A stretch of 64,000 nt of DNA from Calditrichia bacterium (lineage in GTDB: Bacteria; Calditrichota; Calditrichia; JAJRVZ01), in assembly GCA_963777955.1 (NCBI GenBank), contig CAVZSQ010000026.1, positions 26,457-90,456 on the forward strand, in the 5' to 3' direction. Below the pieces are notes generated by a model. It was not told the DNA's origin. It worked only from the letters and a program-made list of their open reading frames with translations, and made no database searches. This document shows positions 50,389-59,867 of the stretch, one piece after another. The translations under genes were made by a program, and so were the position numbers. Position 1 is the first letter of the stretch. Every line of letters begins with the position of its first letter.

Positions 50389-51850
50389 AAAACTGAAAAA
50401 ATTTGGAAGCCATTCTCTTACTTACGGACTGGGTAATGTGCTGGGAATTGCCGCGGGATTTTTACTCATCCCGTTATATACCAATGTTCTGAGTACCACG
50501 GAATATGGAATTCTGGAATTATTAAACCGGACGGCCGATGTCCTGTTGTTGTTCATGTTTATGGGTATACGCCAATCATATATCCGCTTCTATTTTGATC
50601 AAAAGGATGAAAACTGGAAAAAAATCGTGACCTCCACGACTATTATTTTCCTGTTCATATCCAGTGCAGTGGTATTTGTGGTGGTGGCGCTGCTGCGTGA
50701 TGTACTTTCGATAACCCTGTTCGGCGACCGGACTTTATCGTATTATTTTATCCTGGTTTTATGCTGGCTGCCCTTGGAACTGGTTTATAACATCGGCTTG
50801 ACTCACCTGCAAATTGAATTGCAGTCAAAAAAATATGTGATTATGAACGGTATCCGCCTGGTACTGATGGTGGTTTCGAATATTCTGCTCGTCTATTATT
50901 TTGATCAGGAAATCAGGGGTGTGTTAATTACGAATATATGGATCACCCTCGGTTTTTCACTGTATTTCCTCACGGATTTCGCCCGCTGGACTCATTTCAA
51001 ATTTTCGAAGGATTTGTTAATGAAAATGCTGAAATTCGGTTTACCGTATATTCCTTCTGCATTTTTCGTTTATATTATTTCAAACTCTGACAGATTTTTC
51101 CTCACCAAAATAGTATCCCTCGATGCCGTCGGTATTTATGCCCTGGCTTTTAAAATTGGCATGCTAGGCGGAGCTATTTTATTCGAACCGTTCTCAAAAG
51201 TCTGGGGCCCGTTTTTATTTGACAATTATAATAAACCGGACGGTGTGGAAATAATTAATAAAATAGTCGCAATATTTATAGCTGCCAGTGCCGGCATCAG
51301 TCTGGCCATTTCGGTCTTCTCACCGGTGGTGCTGCCCGTAATTTCCGGGAAAAATTACCATGGTGCTATTTATTTAATCCCGATGATCTCCATCGCTTCG
51401 ACATTTTATGCCATGACCAATATTGCCGACGCAGGAATACTGATTTCTAAAAAGACCTATTATAAACCTTTCATCTTCGGAATTTCAAGTTTGATAACCA
51501 TTATAGTCAATTATATAATGATTTCCGCACTGGGATTGCTGGGAGCCTGTATTTCTCTGCCGATAAATTTCAGTGTCATGTTTTTTATTACCCATAAAAT
51601 TTCGTCGCGATACTTTGCACTGAAAATAGATATAAAGAATATTCTGATTATTTTTGGTACTGCTATAGCTTTGTACCTGGTCTTCTATTATGCCGCCCAT
51701 TTGACCAATTCTTTCATATTATTAACCCTGGGGGCAATTGTGGTTATGTTCTTATACTTCATTATCTTATGGTTCAGCGGATTTGTCAGTAAGACAGAAA
51801 AGGAATACCTCAAGGGACTAGTCGAAAAATTGTTAGCGAAGGAAAATTAA
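50381..51850 (+). CDS. wzx: oligosaccharide flippase (Wzx / MOP superfamily)
   Basis: 489 aa with about 12-14 TM helices and a typical polysaccharide-biosynthesis-protein layout. It overlaps the upstream gene by 8 nt. Confidence 0.8.
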   Translation: MIEKLKKFGSHSLTYGLGNVLGIAAGFLLIPLYTNVLSTTEYGILELLNRTADVLLLFMFMGIRQSYIRFYFDQKDENWKKIVTSTTIIFLFISSAVVFVVVALLRDVLSITLFGDRTLSYYFILVLCWLPLELVYNIGLTHLQIELQSKKYVIMNGIRLVLMVVSNILLVYYFDQEIRGVLITNIWITLGFSLYFLTDFARWTHFKFSKDLLMKMLKFGLPYIPSAFFVYIISNSDRFFLTKIVSLDAVGIYALAFKIGMLGGAILFEPFSKVWGPFLFDNYNKPDGVEIINKIVAIFIAASAGISLAISVFSPVVLPVISGKNYHGAIYLIPMISIASTFYAMTNIADAGILISKKTYYKPFIFGISSLITIIVNYIMISALGLLGACISLPINFSVMFFITHKISSRYFALKIDIKNILIIFGTAIALYLVFYYAAHLTNSFILLTLGAIVVMFLYFIILWFSGFVSKTEKEYLKGLVEKLLAKEN

Positions 51851-51934
51851 GTTATTTTGTTGTGAATGGAATATTAAAGGTATCGCTCAGGTTGGAAGGT
51901 TAAAGAGTTTAGAGGCAGTGGGGAAGGAGAGAAT

Positions 51935-53302
51935 ATGAAAGTATTAAATAGATTGTCAGGTCAGCTGCTGCTCTCAGGCCTGTTTTTACTGGTTTTATTC
52001 GCCACAGCCGATGCGGCAACTCAGATCACCAGTTTACCCTTTACCTGCAGTTACACTGATACATTTATTATTGCCGGCAACCTGCAGTCCGGCAGCGGTA
52101 ATGCCCTGACTATTGCTGCCAACAATGTGATCATTAACGGAAATAACAAAACCATTACCTATGCCGTCTCCGGGGCAGGTATCGGAATCCGCTACTCTGG
52201 TTCCCGCAGCGGCCTGGAGGTTTTCAATCTGACTCTTACTGAAGGGAACGGCGGTGGCAATGCCATTGTGCAGAACCAGGATTCTTTTAACGGAATGAAA
52301 ATACACCATTGTACTATCAACTGTAATACATCAGCCGCATTTGCTTTTCGTTTTACCAATTTTATTGCCGGGCAAACAGGCATTGCAATCTATAATTGTA
52401 CAATTAACTGCAATCCGACCTCGGGAACATATGCGCATGCCCTGGCTTTCGAGGGGTCCGGTAATCCGGCTTTAAGCGGTTCCATTCATGATAATACCAT
52501 CACCATCGGCGGCACCCTGAGTTCCAGCAGGCCGACGAACATCTTTTTAAGCAATACCAACGGGGTCATGGATATCTACAATAATAATTTATATATGAAC
52601 GGACCGGATGACAACAATGCCGTACGGTTCTGGGCCAGCAATAACAATAAAGTACACGGTAATAATATTTATATGAATTGTGATCACTGCCGCGGTATCA
52701 ATGTAGATGGCGGTTCGGAAGGCAATCAGGTTTATGAAAACATCGTTGACGCTAATACGACATCTGCCAATGGCAGTAGTTCCTGCATCCGGGTCCGCTT
52801 CGGGTCGGATGACAATAGTTTCTGGAGCAATACGATCGACACGCGCGATGCGATCGATTGTTTCGGTATCCGGCACGGAGAACGCCAATCGTCAACTCCT
52901 ACCGATTCACCCAAAAGAAACAGATATTATTATAATAATCTTACCGGCCACCAGCAACTGGTACGGATCGAAAATGCTTCCGATTCAACCGTATTTTTCG
53001 GCAATACCTATACGGTTACGGATGGCGGACCCTGTGTCTACCTGCTCAGTACCGGTACAGGCCAGCAGATAGATTCACTGTACTTCGAACACGAGACATT
53101 CAATACCAGCGGTATTACCAAGGTCTATTTCAGTACCTATGCCGGCACTAGCCAGTACAGCAATATCGTTTTCTGTGCCTGCGGTATAACAGCCGCCAAT
53201 GTTTACGATGATGGCGCAACAGGTTTTGTAATCCGCAATGAACCCTGCCGGATCGTAGTCAAATTTCCGGACAAAGTACAGGGGGTAAAAATTTTACCAT
53301 AA
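51935..53302 (+). CDS. secreted right-handed parallel beta-helix repeat protein (candidate polysaccharide lyase/epimerase/hydrolase)
   Basis: Signal peptide, then many N/G-rich repeats of about 22-25 aa (NNVIINGNN.TI, IHHCTINCN, IYNCTINCN, IHDNTITIG, GNNIYMN). Confidence 0.65.
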   Translation: MKVLNRLSGQLLLSGLFLLVLFATADAATQITSLPFTCSYTDTFIIAGNLQSGSGNALTIAANNVIINGNNKTITYAVSGAGIGIRYSGSRSGLEVFNLTLTEGNGGGNAIVQNQDSFNGMKIHHCTINCNTSAAFAFRFTNFIAGQTGIAIYNCTINCNPTSGTYAHALAFEGSGNPALSGSIHDNTITIGGTLSSSRPTNIFLSNTNGVMDIYNNNLYMNGPDDNNAVRFWASNNNKVHGNNIYMNCDHCRGINVDGGSEGNQVYENIVDANTTSANGSSSCIRVRFGSDDNSFWSNTIDTRDAIDCFGIRHGERQSSTPTDSPKRNRYYYNNLTGHQQLVRIENASDSTVFFGNTYTVTDGGPCVYLLSTGTGQQIDSLYFEHETFNTSGITKVYFSTYAGTSQYSNIVFCACGITAANVYDDGATGFVIRNEPCRIVVKFPDKVQGVKILP

Positions 53303-53394
53303 TCTTTACCTGTCGTGACTGGAGCCGAATCGTCTTCAGTTAGAATTAAACCATCCGATGATAATACTTAATATTTAACCTAATTACGAAATGA

Positions 53395-54412
53395 GTGCTC
53401 GTGTCTAAAAAAGCGCTTGTGGCCAAAGCAATTTTTAAGTACTTACGGTTTTTTTCCCACTATCTTGAGCAGTTGAAGTCAAATCAGCTCTCCATACTGG
53501 GCTACCACCGTATTTTTGATTATGGCCGGAAAAATTTCCCTTTTTATCGCAGTATTATCAGTGCCAATCCCGAGATGTTCGAACAGCAAATGCGCTTTAT
53601 AAAGAAAAACTTCAATGTGATCAATTTTCAAATCATGCAACAGATGATTGATGCCGGGGAGCAGATACCCAAGGGTACTTTGATCATCACCTTCGACGAC
53701 GGTTATGCCGATAATTATGATATTGTTTTCCCGATCCTGAAAAAATATGACTTAACCGCAACGATATTTACTATGACGTCAGCCATTACCGACGGTGAAC
53801 CGTTCTGGTTTGAACTGATAAAATACTTCTTTGATACCTGTAAGCCCGGATTATATACATTTAAAGATGAAATATTGCGTCTGGATATTACTGACACGAG
53901 TCGTGAAAGTAACCCGTAAAGAGTTTTGGATATATATCCGCGCTATTGAGAATGCCCGGCGTGTAAATATTATCAGAAAAATTAAAAATGATATAAGTAC
54001 ATCGTTATCAGCAGCGGATTTGGAACTAATAAAACCGCTGAACTGGGAACGGATCCGCGAGATGAGCGAGCGGGGGATTGAATTCGGCTCGCATACAATC
54101 AGCCACCCCTATTTGATTAATCTGACCCCGGATGAGTTGATCCATGAATTGACTGTATCTAAAAAGACAATTGAAGAAAATATCAATAAGCCGGTTATTA
54201 GTATTGCTTACCCATTCGGTGCCCATAATGAGCGGGTCGAAGAGCAGGTCAAAAAGTGCGGGTACCGCTTCGGGATTTCTTACAGAAATGATGTGATAAA
54301 AAACTTGAACAATCAGGACATATTTAAACTACCGCGTATTCATGTGGATTATGAATTCGATTATTTCTTTTTTAAAGCAAGATTATTGCTACCCGGACTG
54401 TTTCTGAACTAA
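53395..54412 (+). CDS. polysaccharide deacetylase (NodB domain), apparent frameshift near 53890-53915
   Basis: LIITFDDGYADNY is in the first frame. GIEFGSHTISHP and IAYPFGAHN are in the second frame (ORF 53831-54412). Confidence 0.82.
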
Positions 54413-54422
54413 GGAGATCAAA

Positions 54423-55445
54423 ATGATACATCTTGAGGAATATAAACCTGAATATAAAGACGATATTATAAAACTTTTAGGTAACCGGGAATATAAAAAA
54501 AGGATCTGGGACTGGCAGTATTTTATGAATCCTTATACCGGCGAAGGTTTGCGAATGCCGGTGATTCTGGATGATGATAAGGTGGTCGGCTTTTGCGCAG
54601 CCGCACCGGTCAAAATAAAGTTTAAACAAAAACTGATGCTTGCGCACTGGATTGTTGATCTCTATGTCCATCTGCTTTACCGCGGTAAAAACGTAGGCCG
54701 CCGGATCTATCAATTACAGAAGGAGTATCCGCTTTCTATTAACGTATGGTATCAGCGATATGGCCGCTCCGATCGTCAGAAAACTGGGCTGGAAAGTAAA
54801 TTACGAGATAGAGGAATATTACTTGCAAAAGCGGATTACGGACATTAAAAGTCTTATAAAAGTAGGAATTCAAAAATTTTCCAAAATGGGTAAGTCAGCA
54901 CCCCAGGCTATTCATAGTTCTTTGACAGCAGTAGTAGTTCCTGTAGGGGAAATATTGGGCTTGATAGATTCAATCTGGAATCCATGTCAGAATGCCTATC
55001 CGAATGTAATTATCGAAATGCAGAATATATAGCCTGGAAATATTCAAAACATCCCCTGGCTACTATCGTGCCATATTAGTCAAAAAAGAGGATAAGCCGG
55101 TTGCTATCGGAATATTTCGTGCTAATAAAAACAGGGCCAGGCTGGTCGATTATATCGGCCCGTATCGTGATAGCGAAATTAAATCAAAAATTATCGATAC
55201 TTTTATTGCCGAATGTCCTTCCTCGGCACAGTTAAACTGCATCTCGACCGATTCAGGGAGTTAAACTCCTGTTTGAGGACTATGGTTTCTTAAAATTCAA
55301 GCGCAGACCCAGATTCTACGTCTTTTCTAAACAATTTAGAGGTGAAGAAATTGAGCGCGACTGGTTCATCATGGCCGGCGATGCCGATGATGATTTGCTC
55401 GAAGCCGCAAAAGATTATTATGCCTTAGGAGCGGACTCACGATGA
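54423..55445 (+). pseudogene. GNAT-like acetyltransferase gene broken by about 4 frame disruptions
   Basis: Pieces in three frames can be concatenated: ...VVGFCAAAPVK...LYRGKNVGRRIY.. / GISDMAAPIVRKLGWKV.. / RNAEYIAWKYSKHPL / YRAILVKKEDKPVAIGIFR..ARLVDYIG.. / ELKLLFEDYGFLKFKRRPRFYVFSK..DWFIMAGDADDDL. The final stop overlaps the racemase ATG. Confidence 0.7.
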
Positions 55446-56209
55446 AAAGAGCGAAAATCATCGGTGTGGTGGGCGGGGTAGGCCCCTACGCCGGCCTGGA
55501 TTTAAATAAAAAAATTTTCGATCAGACCAGGGCGGTCACCGACCAGGATCATGTACCGGTCATTCTTGTTTCCCTGTCCGAGCAGATTCCAGACCGCACG
55601 GAATTCTTATCCGGTAAAGTAGAACAAAATCCCGCTGAGCCGATTGCCAAAATAATCAAAACCTTGCCGGCACTGGGAGTGAAAGTGGTGGGTATCCCCT
55701 GTAATACAGCACATGCCCCGCGGATATTCAACCGGATAGTGCAAATATTGAAGCATAATAAGATACGAATTAAAGTACTGAACATGATCAGCGAAACAGC
55801 CCGCTATACCAGGAAATCGTACCCGGCGGTTAAAAAAGTCGGATTACTGGGGACCAGCGGAACCGTTAATGCTGATGTTTATGGTCAAATCATGCGACCG
55901 CTGGGTCTGGATCTAGTATACCCCTCTGAAGATTTTCAACATAAACTCGTCCACGATGCCATATACAATAAAAAATACGGGATAAAAGCACAATCCAGCC
56001 CGGTTTCGGCCAGAGCGCAGCTGCAGTTATTGAAAGCAGCGGTACAACTTAAACAAAAAGGGGCACAATTAATTATTCTGGGTTGCACGGAAATACCCCT
56101 GGCTCTCAGCGGAAAAAAAATAGCAGGGCTGCCGGCTGTTGATCCGACATTAATCCTGGCCAGAGCTTTAATCAGGGAAGTTGCGCCACAAAAATTAAAA
56201 AAAGAGTAG
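55442..56209 (+). CDS. aspartate/glutamate-family amino-acid racemase (aspartate racemase-like)
   Basis: IGVVGGVGPYAG, GIPCNTAH and ILGCTEIPL, i.e. the two catalytic Cys contexts. Confidence 0.85.
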   Translation: MKRAKIIGVVGGVGPYAGLDLNKKIFDQTRAVTDQDHVPVILVSLSEQIPDRTEFLSGKVEQNPAEPIAKIIKTLPALGVKVVGIPCNTAHAPRIFNRIVQILKHNKIRIKVLNMISETARYTRKSYPAVKKVGLLGTSGTVNADVYGQIMRPLGLDLVYPSEDFQHKLVHDAIYNKKYGIKAQSSPVSARAQLQLLKAAVQLKQKGAQLIILGCTEIPLALSGKKIAGLPAVDPTLILARALIREVAPQKLKKE

Positions 56210-56284
56210 AACATTTTTCTCGTACTAAAGATTGTTATAAGCACACCGATTAACAAATTAATCAGTATAACAGGGTAGCCGGCA

Positions 56285-57295
56285 ATGAAAGCAGTCATAT
56301 TCAAATCTTTAAACCGTTTTGATGCCTTTTTAACCAGGTTGAATGAACTTAACATTGATACAACTGTTCTGGATTTTTCAGATCCGGCCTGGATAGATTT
56401 TGATTACAGCAAAGTTGATTTTGTTATCTATTTTTCAAATTTTAAATTCTCGTCCAATCATCCTCTGGCTCTCTACGAGGTCTATGATAATTTAATTCAT
56501 ATCAGCCAGCATTATCCACATTTGAAAATGTTTCCTGATCCGAATATCATCCGTTTTTATAATGATAAATACAAGCAATACCTGTTCCTGACTAAAAATG
56601 GTTTTCCGATACCGCCCACCTTGCCGCTTTATTCGGAAGCCTGTGTTGCACTGGCTGAACAAAGATTTGGTTACCCGCTGATTCTGAAGAATAGATATGG
56701 TGCCGGCGGCGATTATGTACTTAAAATTGATACGCCAAAGCAGCTGAGAACCTACTATAATTTTTCAAAACTGAACCTGTTCAATTTTCCGGCGCTGAAA
56801 TACTTTTTTAAATTATTCAGCAACCGTGAATTCCTGTATCTGTGGATTAAAGCAAGAAACATGAAGTATCCGTTTTTCTCTGCCCCCTTGCTGGCACAGA
56901 AATTTATTAAAATTGATTGTGATCTTAAGATTGTTGTAGGGGACGGTGAAGTTGTGGAAGGGCATTGGCGCAGACCGGCCGACACAAATATGTGGAAAAT
57001 GAATATTGACGGGGGCGGAGTAGGTGTGTGGAGTTATATACCGGAATCGATTCTGGAACTCAGCACCACCCTGGCCAAAAAGTTAAACACTTCCTGGTTG
57101 AATATCGACCTGTTCCGGAGCGGAGACCAATTCGTTATATCCGAGTTTTCACCGGTCTGGCATCATTATCGCTACAAAGAGAAACCATCATTCATCTATG
57201 CCGACGATTATAATGTAAAAATGCCCCTGGAGAAATCCTTAAAATTGGAAGAAATCATTATTGAATCACTCATAAACAGGGTTAAAAACAAATAA
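56285..57295 (+). CDS. ATP-grasp domain protein
   Basis: K..Q..FL...G.P.P.T, GYPLILKNRYGAGGDYV, and the E-rich Mg/ATP region EFSPVWHHY. Confidence 0.7.
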   Translation: MKAVIFKSLNRFDAFLTRLNELNIDTTVLDFSDPAWIDFDYSKVDFVIYFSNFKFSSNHPLALYEVYDNLIHISQHYPHLKMFPDPNIIRFYNDKYKQYLFLTKNGFPIPPTLPLYSEACVALAEQRFGYPLILKNRYGAGGDYVLKIDTPKQLRTYYNFSKLNLFNFPALKYFFKLFSNREFLYLWIKARNMKYPFFSAPLLAQKFIKIDCDLKIVVGDGEVVEGHWRRPADTNMWKMNIDGGGVGVWSYIPESILELSTTLAKKLNTSWLNIDLFRSGDQFVISEFSPVWHHYRYKEKPSFIYADDYNVKMPLEKSLKLEEIIIESLINRVKNK

Positions 57296-57322
57296 CCATT
57301 ACGGTGAGAGTAGTAAATCCTT

Positions 57323-58705
57323 ATGCGCCTCTATGAATCCTTGGTGAAAAAAGTCCTCTATCCCCTGTGGATGGTCCAGCAGGGTGACCGCGGAATTATA
57401 AAGTATTTAAATTATTTTGATCCGGTTGATCACTGGCAGGCTGCACAACTTGAACAATGGCAAACGCAATGGCTTAAAAATATTCTGATTCATGCTTATG
57501 AGCATACGAAATATTTCAAAGAAGTTTTCGACCAGCTTAAGTTTAATCCGCAGCAGATTAAACGGGTGCAGGATATAAGCCTGTTACCAATACTGGAAAA
57601 ACAGACTATCCGGGAAAGATTCGCAGATTTAACCGCAACAAATATCAAACCGGCTGATCTGCTGGACGCTTCGACCGGCGGATCGACCGGAATACCGCTT
57701 AAATTTCTTCGCGACCAGGAGTGTGTGTATTTACGCAAAGGGCAGGAATTATATTTTGATCGTAAAATTGGTTATGACCTCGGCAAACGAATGGCCTATT
57801 TTGTTTCCGGTTCTCATTATAGCGGGGCCATTGCTTCCCTGAAAGCTAAGCTAAAAAATTTTACCTGCGAACGCATGCTCAGTTTCGATCCGCATGATAT
57901 AACCGATGACTATATGCAGGAGTTTGCGGAAAAATTTATTGAATTCAGACCGGAAATAGTCAAGTGCTTTCCCAACGCCCTGATACCCTTCGCCGAATTT
58001 GTTCAGAAAAACAGAATTGAACTTCCTGCCGTAAAGGCAATAACCTGCACCGGTGAAACGTTGTATGACGATCAGAAAAAATTGCTGGAACATGTTTTTA
58101 AAGGGAAAGTATACGAAAAAGTCGGCACCCGCGAATCGGGTGTTATTGCCGCTGAATGCCTGCAACGCGACGGACTGCACATCTTCTCCGCCGGAGTTCT
58201 ATTTGAGATCCTGCGGGCCGACGGAACCCCCGCGGCCGCAGGGGAAATCGGCAGGGTTATACTGACTGATTTTTTTAACAAAGGCATGCCGCTGATACGT
58301 TATGACATAGGGGATATGGCTGTTGCCGCCCCCGGGCAAAATTGCCCCTGCGGAAGCCCGCTGCCTAAAATTGCCCGGTACCTGGGCAGAACACGTGATA
58401 TTGTCATCGATGCTAAAGGAAATCCCCGCCCGGGCTATCTGTTTGTGGAGGTGATCCGCAACATGAATTATAAATCACAGTTTCAGATTATCCAGGAAGA
58501 AAATTCTCTCCTGCATACCAGGATAATTAAGCAGGAAAATGAAGAAATCGATTTGGTAAAAATTAAGGCGGAATTCGAGAAGATAGTCGGCAGCAGTTTC
58601 CGTATCACTTTCGAGTTCGTCAAGGAAATACCCAGGGATCCTTCCGGAAAATACGGTTATGTGATTTCAAAAATCAAAAAACCGCTAAAATTACAGAATG
58701 TCTAA
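57323..58705 (+). CDS. phenylacetate-CoA-ligase/CapK-like adenylate-forming enzyme
   Basis: ASTGGSTGIPLKF (a degenerate SSGTTG motif), YDIGD, and a C-terminal SGKY..V segment. Confidence 0.75.
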   Translation: MRLYESLVKKVLYPLWMVQQGDRGIIKYLNYFDPVDHWQAAQLEQWQTQWLKNILIHAYEHTKYFKEVFDQLKFNPQQIKRVQDISLLPILEKQTIRERFADLTATNIKPADLLDASTGGSTGIPLKFLRDQECVYLRKGQELYFDRKIGYDLGKRMAYFVSGSHYSGAIASLKAKLKNFTCERMLSFDPHDITDDYMQEFAEKFIEFRPEIVKCFPNALIPFAEFVQKNRIELPAVKAITCTGETLYDDQKKLLEHVFKGKVYEKVGTRESGVIAAECLQRDGLHIFSAGVLFEILRADGTPAAAGEIGRVILTDFFNKGMPLIRYDIGDMAVAAPGQNCPCGSPLPKIARYLGRTRDIVIDAKGNPRPGYLFVEVIRNMNYKSQFQIIQEENSLLHTRIIKQENEEIDLVKIKAEFEKIVGSSFRITFEFVKEIPRDPSGKYGYVISKIKKPLKLQNV

Positions 58706-59822
58706 GATAAAAGTCGCTTTTGTTATAGATCTTATCTCGGAACATCCCGGCGGCACCGAAAACCAGTTACTGCTGCTGCTGAAACATATAGATAAGAGCC
58801 GTTTCGATCCTTATCTGATTTTATTGCGTACCGACCGGCAGATCTTACCGGAAATTCCCGAAGTACATATACACGTATGCCATTTTGGATCTTTCCTCAG
58901 TTTAAAATCCTATTATAACCTGCTTAAATTGAGCAGGTTCTTTAAAAAAGAAAGAATCAGCATAGTCCAGACCTACTTCAGAGATGGTAATATAGTCGGT
59001 GTAATGGCAGCCTGGTTTGCCGGTGTGGCTACCATAGTCTCCAGCCGCAGAAATCAGGGCTTCTGGCATAACCGCAGGGAAATCATGATCCTGCGGCTGC
59101 TTAACCGGTTAGTAAACTGCTTTATTGCTAATTCCCAGGCTATCAAGACCTATACGCATCAGGTTGAAGGTGTCCCTCTGCAGAAGATAGAAGTAATCTA
59201 TAATGGGTATGACGCGAATGCTGATTATCCGCTGCCGTTGCCGGAACAATCCCCACGGCCGGCCGGCCAGCTGGATCTGGAAAAATATCAACAGGTAATT
59301 GTTCAGGTCAGCAATCTGAGAGAGGTGAAAAGAATTGATGTACTGATCAGGGCTGCCGGTGTGGTTGCAGCCCGTTTTCCCCGGACATTATTCCTGGTTA
59401 TCGGCGAAGGACCTGAACGTGGTCGCTTAACTGCCCTGATCAACGAACTGCAGTTAGCCGATCACGTTTACCTGGCCGGATTCCGTTCTGATGTCAAAGA
59501 AATTCTGAAACAGAGCACCATCGGGATCCTGAGCTCAGATTCCGAAGGGCTATCCAATACTATTATCGAATATATGGCTGCAGGTTTACCGGTGGTTTGT
59601 ACGGAGGTCGGCGGAAATGTTGAACTCATTGAGCACAATAAGCAGGGATTTTTATTCAAACCCGGCGACTATCAGGAGTTAGCCAGCTGCCTGATGTCGC
59701 TGATTCAGGATCGTAAACTGGCCGGTACATTGGGACAGGCCGCAGCACAGCGAGCCCTGGAAAAATTTGGAGTTGAACGGTACATCGCGTCGACCGAACA
59801 ATTTTTTCTTGAACATTGCTGA
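58698..59822 (+). CDS. family-4 (GT-B) glycosyltransferase
   Basis: GGTENQ N-domain, then SNLREVKR.D.LI.A, SSDSEGLSNTIIEYMAAGLPVVCTEVGGN.E. Confidence 0.88.
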   Translation: MSKIKVAFVIDLISEHPGGTENQLLLLLKHIDKSRFDPYLILLRTDRQILPEIPEVHIHVCHFGSFLSLKSYYNLLKLSRFFKKERISIVQTYFRDGNIVGVMAAWFAGVATIVSSRRNQGFWHNRREIMILRLLNRLVNCFIANSQAIKTYTHQVEGVPLQKIEVIYNGYDANADYPLPLPEQSPRPAGQLDLEKYQQVIVQVSNLREVKRIDVLIRAAGVVAARFPRTLFLVIGEGPERGRLTALINELQLADHVYLAGFRSDVKEILKQSTIGILSSDSEGLSNTIIEYMAAGLPVVCTEVGGNVELIEHNKQGFLFKPGDYQELASCLMSLIQDRKLAGTLGQAAAQRALEKFGVERYIASTEQFFLEHC

Positions 59823-59867
59823 AATTGTTTGCATACTACAATTGTCGCTGATACGGCAAATCCGGCA

